The translations under genes were made by a program, and so were the position numbers. The notes beneath the pieces are model-generated. The model saw only the letters and a program-made list of their open reading frames with translations. It did not search any database and was not told the DNA's origin. A stretch of 64,000 bases of DNA from Bdellovibrionales bacterium (GTDB taxonomy: Bacteria; Bdellovibrionota; Bdellovibrionia; Bdellovibrionales; UBA1609): positions 192,001-256,000 of the forward strand of contig OZ241329.1 of the NCBI GenBank assembly GCA_965199825.1, in the 5' to 3' direction. Positions 39,601-48,500 of this stretch are shown here, piece by piece. Numbering within the stretch: position 1 is the stretch's first letter; each line of letters begins with the position of its first letter.

Positions 39601-42356
39601 CGAGTGAGATTTGAGGTGCGATCGACGACGTAATATTTGTTCGCCACTCCGTAGGTTGCTTCAGCTGCGTTTCCGGCTCCTGCTTCCCATGCGCGTCCCG
39701 ATCCATAATAAAGAATGCCGGTCCGCCCAGTTCCGTCCTGTTCGGTGAGTCTAATTTGTGGTCCAACACCCGACGGCATATTCGCCGTGATCGCTTCCGT
39801 TCCAGATGAAGTCGAAGCGACAGTGAGAGCAAATCCCGGCGCCGTCGTTCCAATCCCAACATTCCCCGAAGCATCCACACGAATGCGCTCCACCCCGCCC
39901 GTACTCGCCGCAAGCGTCGAAGCCAGCGGCCTGAACCAACCCGTCCCGGTATCACCAGCAAAAGAATATGTCGGAGCCGCAGCAGTTCCTGCAGCAGAAG
40001 TCACAGATGCTCCGCCCGTCACGGGCGAAACCATTCCAGAACTTGATAAATTAAATATGTTTGTACCGCCGGCTGACACACCGATGACGTCATTAGATCC
40101 AGAATCATAAAAACCAGTATTGGGATCACCAGAGAAAGCTAGAGTTGGCGTGCTCGCTGAGCCTGCGCCTGCACCCACAGTGCTGTAACTTGCCGATCCA
40201 CCACTTAACGGAATCGCGGTGCGTGTGGTCCCAACAGTTAAATAATAATTTGTACCATCGTACTCAACCGCACCATCTTCGGCGGTGCCAAGCAAAGGAC
40301 CCGAAGTCATTTTGAGTGGTGCAGTTCCAGCAGCCGTCGTGCCCGCTTTCAATTGCAAAGCAGCCGAAGGATTTGTGGTGCCCACTCCCACTTTTCCAGA
40401 AGGAAGAACGGTAAGGCCTACAACATTGTTTGCTTTTAGCGAGAAACTTGTCGCATCGGTCGTGCCCACCGAAGCGTTACTTCCAAAGGCATTGCCACCA
40501 TTTTTAAAATAGGTAGTGTCGTAACCACCCGCGGGCAAATCACTCGAAGCCAAAGCACGAAATGTTGGAGCACCTGCTCCGCCCGTTGAAGGGCCCGCAA
40601 GGATCGCATTCTGAGCTTGCGATCCAAAGTTCGAAGCGCCAACAGAAATTGTGGCGCAAGAAAATGTATCGCTCACTGCTGAATACGTAAGAGTTTGTGA
40701 CGACGTGCAATTGGTCGGAAACATTTGGGCATTGCCGGCAAGCGAAGATCTTAAATCGGCAATACCTAAAAATGCAGGTGAATATTGTGTCGATCCATCA
40801 TAGCGCAACACTTGGCCCGCCGACGTCGGAGTGCTCGATGACACGGGTGTTGATTGAATTCCCGCCACTCGTGGTGCTGGATAATTTCCTGAAAGATCAC
40901 CACTTGCAGCGCCAGTGCTTCCTGTCGATGAAATCGTGATTGAGCCTGCTCCATTGGTAATCGCAACACCTGTTCCGGCTGTTAAACTTGCAGCCACAGG
41001 TGCAGCACCGGTGGATCCCACAAAAACTTGACCGTTCAACAAGGGTGCGGCTTCAACTATTGCACCACCAGTTGAGGTCATCAAACGATTATTATTTAGA
41101 GCCGCGGTCGAATTGGTTCCGCCATTTGCAACAGGCAATGTGCCTAATGCTAAAACTCCAGTGCCACTATTGTAAGATAAAGGTGCGGTTGCAGAAATCG
41201 CTGCACGCGCATTGGTATCACCATAAGGTGTGGTCCAAGACAAAACGCCTGCAGTGGTGCTTGTCAAAACTTGTCCGTTTGAAACAGGAGCAGCGGTTGG
41301 CCATGTTAAAGTGTACGAAGCAGAAACTGCCGAAGGCGCCTGAAGAGTTACTGAGTTTGAGGCGCCATCGCGAGCAACTATCGAACTTGTCGAAACACTG
41401 CTTGCCGAAAATCCACCAGATGAATCTCGCCGAACAATCATGCTGTTGGTGTTATTTGGTGTTGCTGAGTTCGCTAGCAATTCCGCCGCATGAACATTCG
41501 AAGCTGTGGATCCACCTACCGTTGCGACGGTCGTTGCGCCCAGAGTTCCTGTGACATCGCCAGACAAAGCTCCACTTGCTGTGCTGAGAGCTTGAGTGGT
41601 TGATCCATTAAAATATTTTACGGTTCCTGAGGTCGAATCAAACCAAACGCTTCCCGCAAGCGGCGATGCCGGCGGCGTGGACGTAGAAAAACTAGGAAGT
41701 GATGCTCCACTTGATGGGGTTGATGAAACATAGTTTCCACCACCCGCCAATAACGATGTGAGTTTTGGATAATTGGTATTCGAAAATACCGACGACAAAC
41801 TCGATTGATTGAGTTGGGTTGTCGAATCCGCCTGGAGAATATTTCCGGTAGTAATTCCATTTAAAGTTTCGGCGACTACTGCTGAAGGCACCGAATTTAA
41901 CTTCATATCGGGTGCAAGCGTCACCTGAACATTTGTGGTCGAAGGGAGAACGCTCACTCTTAAATATCGAGTATCACCAGGTTGTGGGGTGATGTTGCAG
42001 TTTTGCCCGTTGATGACGAGTCGTCCATTAATACTGGCAAGATTCTGATACACACCTGCCATCGAATTTCCGGTATCGACACTCGAGCGTTTGCCATCAG
42101 TGGTGGCCGATCCCACATTGATATTAAAATATCCATTGCTTGAGGCCGTGTTGATGACTTGAACTTCTTCATAGAGTATACAAGTTTTATTTATATCAAG
42201 AATTTGAATTCGTAAATTGACTGAGTTATCTAAAAGCGGATTTGAACCCGCCGAAGAGTTGTAGAGTCGACCGTCGAGTGTAAAGCTTTGCGGCGCTTCG
42301 CTCAATGCGAAAACCTGCCAACTTGAGAATAAAAGAGCTAAGATTATACGTGCCAC
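33603..42356 (-). CDS. Fibre 4: MAT-like fibre protein (~2917 aa), YVSW-type C-terminal domain
   Basis: GTG at 42356 (VARIILALLFSSWQVFA) is preferred over 42374 because of promoter spacing. Three shaft modules, NTAxG beta-helix repeats, ends VDFSTGNLQ...LYVSWVTGL. Confidence 0.9.
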   Translation of the reverse strand: MARIILALLFSSWQVFALSEAPQSFTLDGRLYNSSAGSNPLLDNSVNLRIQILDINKTCILYEEVQVINTASSNGYFNINVGSATTDGKRSSVDTGNSMAGVYQNLASINGRLVINGQNCNITPQPGDTRYLRVSVLPSTTNVQVTLAPDMKLNSVPSAVVAETLNGITTGNILQADSTTQLNQSSLSSVFSNTNYPKLTSLLAGGGNYVSSTPSSGASLPSFSTSTPPASPLAGSVWFDSTSGTVKYFNGSTTQALSTASGALSGDVTGTLGATTVATVGGSTASNVHAAELLANSATPNNTNSMIVRRDSSGGFSASSVSTSSIVARDGASNSVTLQAPSAVSASYTLTWPTAAPVSNGQVLTSTTAGVLSWTTPYGDTNARAAISATAPLSYNSGTGVLALGTLPVANGGTNSTAALNNNRLMTSTGGAIVEAAPLLNGQVFVGSTGAAPVAASLTAGTGVAITNGAGSITISSTGSTGAASGDLSGNYPAPRVAGIQSTPVSSSTPTSAGQVLRYDGSTQYSPAFLGIADLRSSLAGNAQMFPTNCTSSQTLTYSAVSDTFSCATISVGASNFGSQAQNAILAGPSTGGAGAPTFRALASSDLPAGGYDTTYFKNGGNAFGSNASVGTTDATSFSLKANNVVGLTVLPSGKVGVGTTNPSAALQLKAGTTAAGTAPLKMTSGPLLGTAEDGAVEYDGTNYYLTVGTTRTAIPLSGGSASYSTVGAGAGSASTPTLAFSGDPNTGFYDSGSNDVIGVSAGGTNIFNLSSSGMVSPVTGGASVTSAAGTAAAPTYSFAGDTGTGWFRPLASTLAASTGGVERIRVDASGNVGIGTTAPGFALTVASTSSGTEAITANMPSGVGPQIRLTEQDGTGRTGILYYGSGRAWEAGAGNAAEATYGVANKYYVVDRTSNLTRMVIDSSGQMGIGTTTPGAPLDVKGAIRMSGSTSGYTGFQPAAAAGSTVWTLPANDGTANQTLTTNGSGILSWSTPTGTGLSSLNGLTATSQTFATGTTGTAPAFTSATITHTLNIPLASVASVTAGLLSNADYTNFAGKQSSTLADGKILVGNGSSVATAVTPSGDVTMADTGAFTVAKLQGSAVSATAPTTAGQALRWSGSAWSPGFIAMTDLRSTVTGTNQFSNSCLSNQTLTYNSVGDVMSCTNISLPSSQITGSVTPANGGTGQTTYAVGDVLYASSTTALSRLPAGTNGQVLTVASGIPAWSASVSGLPAAAGTAAAPGYAFVGNTNTGMFDAATNTLGFSTNGAEAMRILPSGDVGIGTTTPGALLDIVQADPSVTGSYALKVQGGYGWNPNAGGSISLISGSGQQTAGTVYIESPDGDMTLKAGANMNISSGKSLDTAIPLSLNISSASGGGANPGGPINITAGNAGGNAKGGVVTVTAGNGGLPNGVGGNIVLNGGAKNGTGTNGNIILANLQGSVGIGTTAPIGKLQVYNGDVNAGWFAFDSVQNSVPPPSNSITFIQQPRPLEMGLFTNAAERITIQAAGNVGINNTNPGAALDVKGAIRMSGSTSGYTGFQPAAAAGSTVWTLPANDGTANQVLTTNGSGVLAWSTPAGTGISSLNGLTSNSQTFANGTSGTAPSFTSATSTHTLNIPLAATASVTAGLLSNTDYTNFAAKQSATLADGKILVGNGSSVATAVTPSGDATMTDTGAFTVAKLQGSAVSATTPSTAGQALRWSGSAWAPGFIAMTDLRSTVTGTNQFANSCLSNQTLTYNSVGDVMSCTNISLPSSQITGSVTPANGGTGQTTYAVGDVLYASSTTALSRLPAGTNGQVLTLASGLPSWASASGGLPAAAGTATAPGYAFVGNTNTGMFDAATNTLGLSTNGVEAMRILPSGKVGIGTTNPSATLDVNGAINIAGLNGISFPSSDSNGAGASIAIGAGALGNQPSSAAYGNTAVGYFTLASGSMTTAAVSNTAIGFEAIQQDTGGSNNTALGYQALQLNQAGNYNTATGAQALIQNAGGSSNTAFGWQAQYGTTSGNNNTSLGYFALSKNSTGSSNVAVGNSVGSQTLQTGSNNILIGTSNSVDTPAAATNNFLNIGNAIFATGMNGTLASPAGNVGIGTTAPAGKLQVYHGDVNAGWFAFDSVQSSAAPPSNSITFIQQPRALEMGLFTNAAERITIQAAGNVGINNTNPGATLDVKGAIRMSGSTSGYTGFQPAAAAGSTVWTLPANDGSANQVLTTNGSGVLAWSTPAGTGISSLNGLTTASQTFAIGTTGTAPAFSSATSTHTLNIPLASAASVTAGLLSNADYTTFNGKMSTALADGKIYVGNSGGVATAVTPSGDATMTDAGAFTVTKLQGSAVSATTPVTAGQALRWSGSAWTPNFIAITDLRSTITGTNQFASSCLSNQTLTYNSVGDVMSCANISLPASQITGSVAAANGGTGQTNYAVGDLLYASSTTALSRLPAGTNGQVLTLASGIPSWSAASGGLPAAAGTAAAPGYAFSGNTNTGMFSPAANTVGLSTNGVEAMRVTASGNVGIGTTAPNYLLDVDATNASPVMAVMNRDSSSSQNPSLAAVNYMGSAASGYPVLNLLNLRGTFVGPTSAIQSGDILGEIYGSGSTGGGQANNVGTNVIFGATQNWSSTAHGSYIALSTTANGAGAVTERFRIDQSGKVGIGTTNPAVQLDVTGDIQSSAAILGKNGSAAAPSFTFTNGGDTGMFLGGTQILGFATAGTEKVRILSSGNVGIGTTTPGQKLDVAGNIRGTNGFFTNSNSGSLFGPNSGSGDYVYIEYDTTPLGRIGTGGSQDLSFETGSTGRMRITSGGNVGIGTTTPRAALEVAGASINGPASSWGAPTTTAVDFSTGNLQFTTATCASNFKLNNLKDGGAYSFAVKSATSGTCSFLAYSDAGTTALTVHMPPDHGATTASKHTLYTFLVMGTDLYVSWVTGL

Positions 42357-42362
42357 ATAATC

Positions 42363-42389
42363 ATATCGACACAATTGGCCAACTTCATA
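42363..42389 (-). promoter_or_regulatory. Sigma28-like -10 box of fibre 4
   Basis: TGTCGATAT. GTCGATA ends 7 nt before the GTG at 42356; the -35 is weak. Confidence 0.55.
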
Positions 42390-42543
42390 AGTCTTGGTTT
42401 GAGACGAATCTGCGAGACAAAGGTCTATTTAAGGCAGTTGGTAAACATCAGCGGCGCGAGTAACTTGCGCGGTTGGCCACTGAGCCTGATATCGATGTAG
42501 AGATTCAACTTCCACGCTTACATCTTTACTAACCACAACTGGA

Positions 42544-45500
42544 TCACTTGTACTTGTGGAGCATATTTTCAATTCGGTCCAATCGAGATTTGATTTCAGC
42601 ATTTTCTTGTTTAAGCTTTTTGTTCTCGTCCTCGAGTTTTTGAACCTGAGTATCCACTTCCACTTTATCAACCTTCGAGGCGATCATTCGGTCCTGGATA
42701 ACTTGATGACTCTTCATGCCTGTGATGCGGTTGTTGAGTGTTTTTATAGCCTCTGTAATCCAAGGAATAAAGGCGTCATAATAAACTTGTAAGAAGCCGT
42801 CTTCATCTTGACGAACGAATTCAGGCGCAACCTTTTGTACCTCTTGAGCTTTGTAACCCGTTTTGCGGTTGTCGGCTGACGAAGTCTTGAAATTATAAGT
42901 CACGGCCTGAAGTTGCAGGATCCGATCAAGAGCAAAATTGCTTGAAACATCCTGGAAGTTTTCTTTGAGTCGTTCATCTGAAGAACAGGCGATGCCTGAA
43001 CCCGAAGAAGCCGGTGTGATTGTGCATGTTCCATCAACGTTTTGGAAGTTTGCAACTGCTACACCTGTACCGACTGAAGCACTTCCCACATGAAGAAGTT
43101 TTGCTGGAGCCGTATTACCTATGCCGAGGTTGCCGTTTGAATTGAGACGCATTTTTTCAATACCCGCTTGTTGGAACTGAAGAGGAATGCCAACGGTGTA
43201 AGTGTTGATGTAAGTGTAAGGAGTAGATAAATCTCCCGCGGCACCGACCCGCAGGTCTGAGCCATACGCCCCAAATTCTGCTTGCGCGGTCCCACCACTG
43301 CCTACATAACCATTTTGAATATTTTCACCGACGCTTCCACTTGAATTCGAACCGTTGATTTGCAGATTGGTGCTCGGGTTTGTAGTCCCGATGCCGACGT
43401 TGCCGCTGACGATCATCCCGTTAGTTGGAGCTGCCGTAGTCCCAGCATAAGATCCGACGCTCATACCGCCCGCAACATCGAGTCGAGACTGTGCAATGCC
43501 GGCACCCACTATCACATTCTGGCCAGAGCTTGACTGAAGAGAGATTTGCGATCCATCAAGGGACAAGACTTTGTATTGAAAAGCATCGTGATCATAAGCT
43601 TTGATTGATCCAGTGCCGCTATTGTAATTCATTTCTATTCCAGCACCTGTTGATGGCGACGAAGTTCCCATCATTCGAGATCCTCCAGCGACATCCAAAG
43701 TTGCTGCTGGGGCCGTAGTTCCGATGCCTACGTTGCCAGCAACGTACATGTTGCCGGAGTTATCAAGCGAACTAATTAGACCGTTTGAATTCAAATATCG
43801 GACCGCAAAAGCGGTGGTTGATGGCACTCCAGTAGTCACTTGCATTGTATAAGCGTTTCCCGAACCTGGGTTGCCGGTCACTGCGAAAACGTTTGAACCG
43901 TTATAATTCAAGGTGGCCCCATATGGCCCAACATTAAAAATATTGTTTAAGTTTGTCGATCCCACTACATCGAGCGCGTTCGAAGGAGTTGTAGTACCTA
44001 TACCAACGAATCCAGTAGAAGAGATGCGCATCGCCTCTGCCCCATTCGTCGATAAACCAATTGTATTTGTAGCCGGTGAAAACATCCCCGTATTCAAATT
44101 TCCCGAAAACGCATACCCCGGCGCCGCGGCTGTTCCCGCAGCGGCAGGAAGTCCACCACTTGCCGAAGTCCATGACGGCAATCCACTAGCGAGTGTTAAA
44201 ACTTGTCCGTTCGTCCCCGCAGGCAGTCTAGAAAGTGCAGTCGTCGATGAAGCATAAAGCACGTCACCAACTGCAAACGTTGTCTGACCAGTTCCACCAT
44301 TTGCTGGCGTAACTGATCCGGTAATTTGCGACGAGGGTAAACTAATATTCGTACACGACATGACGTCGCCCACAGAATTGTAAGTGAGCGTTTGATTGCT
44401 CAAGCACGATGACGCGAATTGGTTTGTACCCGTCACTGTTGATCGAAGATCAGTCATCGCAATAAAGTTTGGAGTCCATGCAGAGCCACTCCATCTTAGC
44501 GCTTGTCCCGCAGTTGCTGGGGCTGTGGCACTCACTGCTGAGCCTTGCAGTTTAGTCACCGTGAATGCGCCGGTGTCCGCCATTGTTGCATCACCCGAGG
44601 GTGTGACTGCGGTGGCAACTCCACCGCTATTCCCAACATAGATTTTTCCATCAGCAAGTGCTGTGGACATTTTGCCGCTGAATGATGTGTAATCTGCATT
44701 TGAAAGGAGACCTGCAGTCACTGAGGCTGCTGATGCTAAAGGAATATTTAGTGTGTGAGTGCTTGTAGCTGATGTGAACGAAGGTGCAGTTCCTGTCGTT
44801 CCATTTGCAAATGTTTGCGACGGTGCAGTTAAACCATTTAAGTTTGATATTCCAGTGCCCGTTGGTGTGGACCAAGTGAGTATTCCACTGCCGTTTGTAG
44901 TCAAAGTTTGATTTGCTGTACCATCGTTCGCAGGCAAAGTCCAAACTGTGCTTCCTGCCGCAGCTGCAGGCTGAAATCCTGTATAGCCGCTTGTGGAACC
45001 CGACATGCGGATGGCACCTTTGACGTCGAGAGATGCGCCTGGGGTGGCTGTACCGACTCCAACAAAACCATTTCCAGACGGCATAAGTATGATATTTTTA
45101 GCAGCATTATGACTGATGCCGCTTGTGATATAGGTATCACCAATTGATGAATAAGCTCTGTTGAAGCTGATATTAGAATCCGCAGCCAGAACAAGAAGGC
45201 CATCAATTAAAAACTGCCCGTATTGATCGTAAGTGACATTGCCAGCGTTGGCTGATGACATCGAAAGCACAGCACCTGTTCCCGCCGGCGGTTGAAAAAC
45301 GTGAAGCAGTGCTGAGGGTGCGGTCGTGCCGATGCCGACGTTGCCGCCGGATTTCAGATAAATAGAGTTTGCAGCCGCGCCTTTTTCAACTGTAAGTGGA
45401 ACGACGCTATTTGCGCCATCACGGATTACGAAACTGGTGTTTCCATTCTCTCCAATCAACCAAGAGGACGATTGCGCGTAGAAATTAATATTACTGTAAT

Positions 45501-48500
45501 TGGAGAAATTTGAAGTCACGAGGAGACTCGCGGTCGCACTTGGATTATTTTGAGAGGTCTCAATTGCCGCCAATGCGTTCCCTGTATTGCTGTAAACATG
45601 AAGCTGTTGGGATGGGGCTGTTGTTCCAATGCCGACGTTGCCGGACGGGTCGATACGCATGCGTTCCGCATAGGCTGTTGCACCGGTCTGTTGGCCAATA
45701 ACAATTGATGGCGTTGAGCCAGAGCTATTTGAAACCGCGCCGAGATAGGCCCTTTGAAAGGTTGCAGCTCCGTTTTTCGCATCGATCGCGATCCCACTAA
45801 ATGAATTATCCGCTTGATTGGTGTTGTCGAATATTCCGGAATATCCTGGTGGCAGACTAACGGTCGAACTCGAAGGCGCATACGGTGTAGTGTTGAAGAC
45901 ATCTGCCTGCATTGTATTTTGAAAAACGGCTTGCCCCGATGTGGAGTACGAGGCTGCAACAACGTTTCCCGCACTGTCGACTTTAAATTGGCTTGAAGGT
46001 CCAACTGCTAATAACGCTCCGGGAGACGTTGTGCCAATACCGACATTGCCCGCACTAGTTAGTGTCATCTTCGTTGTATCTGTTGTACCCGTTGTGAAAT
46101 TGATGGCGCCTTGGTGAGATGTTAGGATGAGACTGCCTGAACTCACATTACCGAAAACGATATCCCCGGCCACTGACGTCGGAGAAAAATCACCAGCATT
46201 CGATGCAATTCCCCACACACTTTCTTCAAAAGTCCTACCAAGTCCGTAAGCTGAATAATAAGAGTTGTTCCCGCTGAGAACACGGATAGCAGGATTCCCG
46301 GCAGCAACAACATCGAGCTTCGCCCCAGGCGATGTCGTCCCAATTCCCACATTCCCTGAAGCATCCATACGCATGCGCTCTAAACCACCCGTACTTGCAG
46401 CAAGCGTAGAAGCCAAAGGCCTGAACCAACCCGTTCCCGTATCCCCCGCAAAAGAATAAGTGGGAGCCGCAGCACTCCCTGCCGCAGAAGTCACGGTCGC
46501 TCCACCCGTCACCGGCGAAACCATACCCGCACTAGATAAATTAAATATGTTTGTCCCACCGGCTGCAACACCAATGACATTATTGGATCCTGAATCAAAG
46601 AATCCTGTATCCGCATCACTCGAAAATGAAAGTGAAGGTGAGCCAGCTGATCCCGCGCCTGCACCCACCGTATTGTAACTTGCCGATCCGCCGCTGAGTG
46701 GAATCGCGGTGCGTGTCGTGCCTGCGGTTAAATAATAATTTGTCCCATCGTACTCGATGGCGCCGTCTTCGGCGGTGGTCATCAATGGACCAGAATTTAA
46801 TTTTAATGGAGCCGTGCCCGCAGTTGTCGTGCCCGCCTTCAATTGCAAAGTTGCGGATGGATTCGTAGTGCCGACACCCACGTTACCCTGGACAAATAAA
46901 TTTCCATTGCTGCCAAGGCCCATTAGACGAGTGCCGCCGTTATAAAACTGGTAGCCCGACAAAACATGATTGGCGCCGAAATAAAAATTTCCGCCGTTTG
47001 TATCCATCGAGATGTCATTTCCATTGCTGCCGAATGAGAATCCCGTGACTCCATGAGTTTGCATTACAAACTGTGAACCGCTTGCCGCTGCCGCATTGGT
47101 ATTGTTGATCAATATTGCTGAGGGCGCACCGCCCGCTGCATTCACATCGATTTCTAACTGAGCATTCGGAGATGTTGTTCCGATGCCCACTTTTCCTAAT
47201 GGCGAAAGCGTCATCCCAACAACATTGTTCGATTTCAAAGATAAATTAAAATTGTCTGAGGTCCCGAGTGCAGCGTCTGCACCAAAAGAATTTCCACCAT
47301 CTTTAAAATAGGTGGTGTCGAATGCACCAGTGGGTAAATCTGCTGCAGTCAATGCACGAAATGTGGGCGCGCCCACTCCACCGCTCGATGGGCCTGCGAG
47401 AACCGCGTTCTGCGCTTGGTTGGCAAAATTTGTTGCACTCACCGAAAGGCTCACGCAAGAAAATGTGTCGGTGACAGAAGAGTAACTTAAAGTTTGTGTG
47501 GAGGTGCAGTTTGTTGGCAGCAGCTGTGCACTACCCACTAAGCTTGAGCGCAAATCGGCAATGCCTAAAAATGCTGGCGCATATTGGGTCGATCCGTCAT
47601 AACGCAAAACTTGACCCGCATTTGTTGGGGTCGAACCAGAAATCGGTGTGCCTTGAAGCCCCGAAACTTTTGGCGTGGGAAAGCTTCCTGATAAATCGCC
47701 AGCCGCTGTTCCACTTAGTGCAAGGACTCCTGTGGTCGAATTATAATTGAGTGGTGCGGTTGCCGAAATCGCTGCGCGTGCAGCACTGTCGCTGTAAGGC
47801 GCACTCCACGACAGCACTCCTGCCGTTGTACTCGAGAGCACTTGTCCGTTTGCTAAAGGAGCAGCTGCGGGCCAAGTCACAGTGTAGGACGCCGACACGG
47901 TTGCAGGTGCACGAACGGTAACCGAGTTTGAAGCACTGTCGCGCAAAACTAATGACGAAGCTCCTACCGCACTGCCCGAGAAATTTCCCGAAGCATCGCG
48001 CCTAACGATCATGCTGTTGGTATCTGCAGAGGTTGCCGAGTTTGCCAACAATTCGGCGGCATGAAGATTCGATGCCGAAGATCCACCCACCGTTGAGACA
48101 GTGTTTGCACCCAAGGTGCCCGTCACATCTCCAGACAATGCGCCTGAGGCTGAACTCAAGACTTGAGTGGTTGTGCCGTTATAATATTTCACTGTGCCCG
48201 ATGTCGAATCATACCACACGCTGCCTGCAGTGGGAGTCGTGGGGGGACTCGTAGTCGCATAGCTCGGAAGAGTCGCTCCAGCCGATGAACTTGAAGACAC
48301 ATAGTTGGCATTGCCCGCAAGAAGCGAAGTCAGTTTGGGATAGTTCGAATTTGAAAATATATTAGAGAGATTAATTTGACTCAATTGAGTCGCGGAGTCC
48401 GCTTGCAAAATATTTGTTGTCGTAATGCCGTTGAGGCTCTCGGCCACTAATGCTGTGGGAACCGAATTGAGTTTCATGTCGGGCGCTAAAGTGACCTGAA

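Larger units (their letters stand above)
10030..45030 (-). repeat. Ten dispersed copies of a ~950-1000 bp coding shaft module within the fibre genes
   Basis: The module LDVKGAIRMSGSTSGYTGFQP...NSCLSNQTLTYNSVGDVMSC...TNTGMF...STNGxEAMR occurs once in fibre 1 (plus a partial copy), 3x in fibre 2, 2x in fibre 3, 3x in fibre 4 and once in fibre 5, with visibly high DNA similarity. Confidence 0.9.
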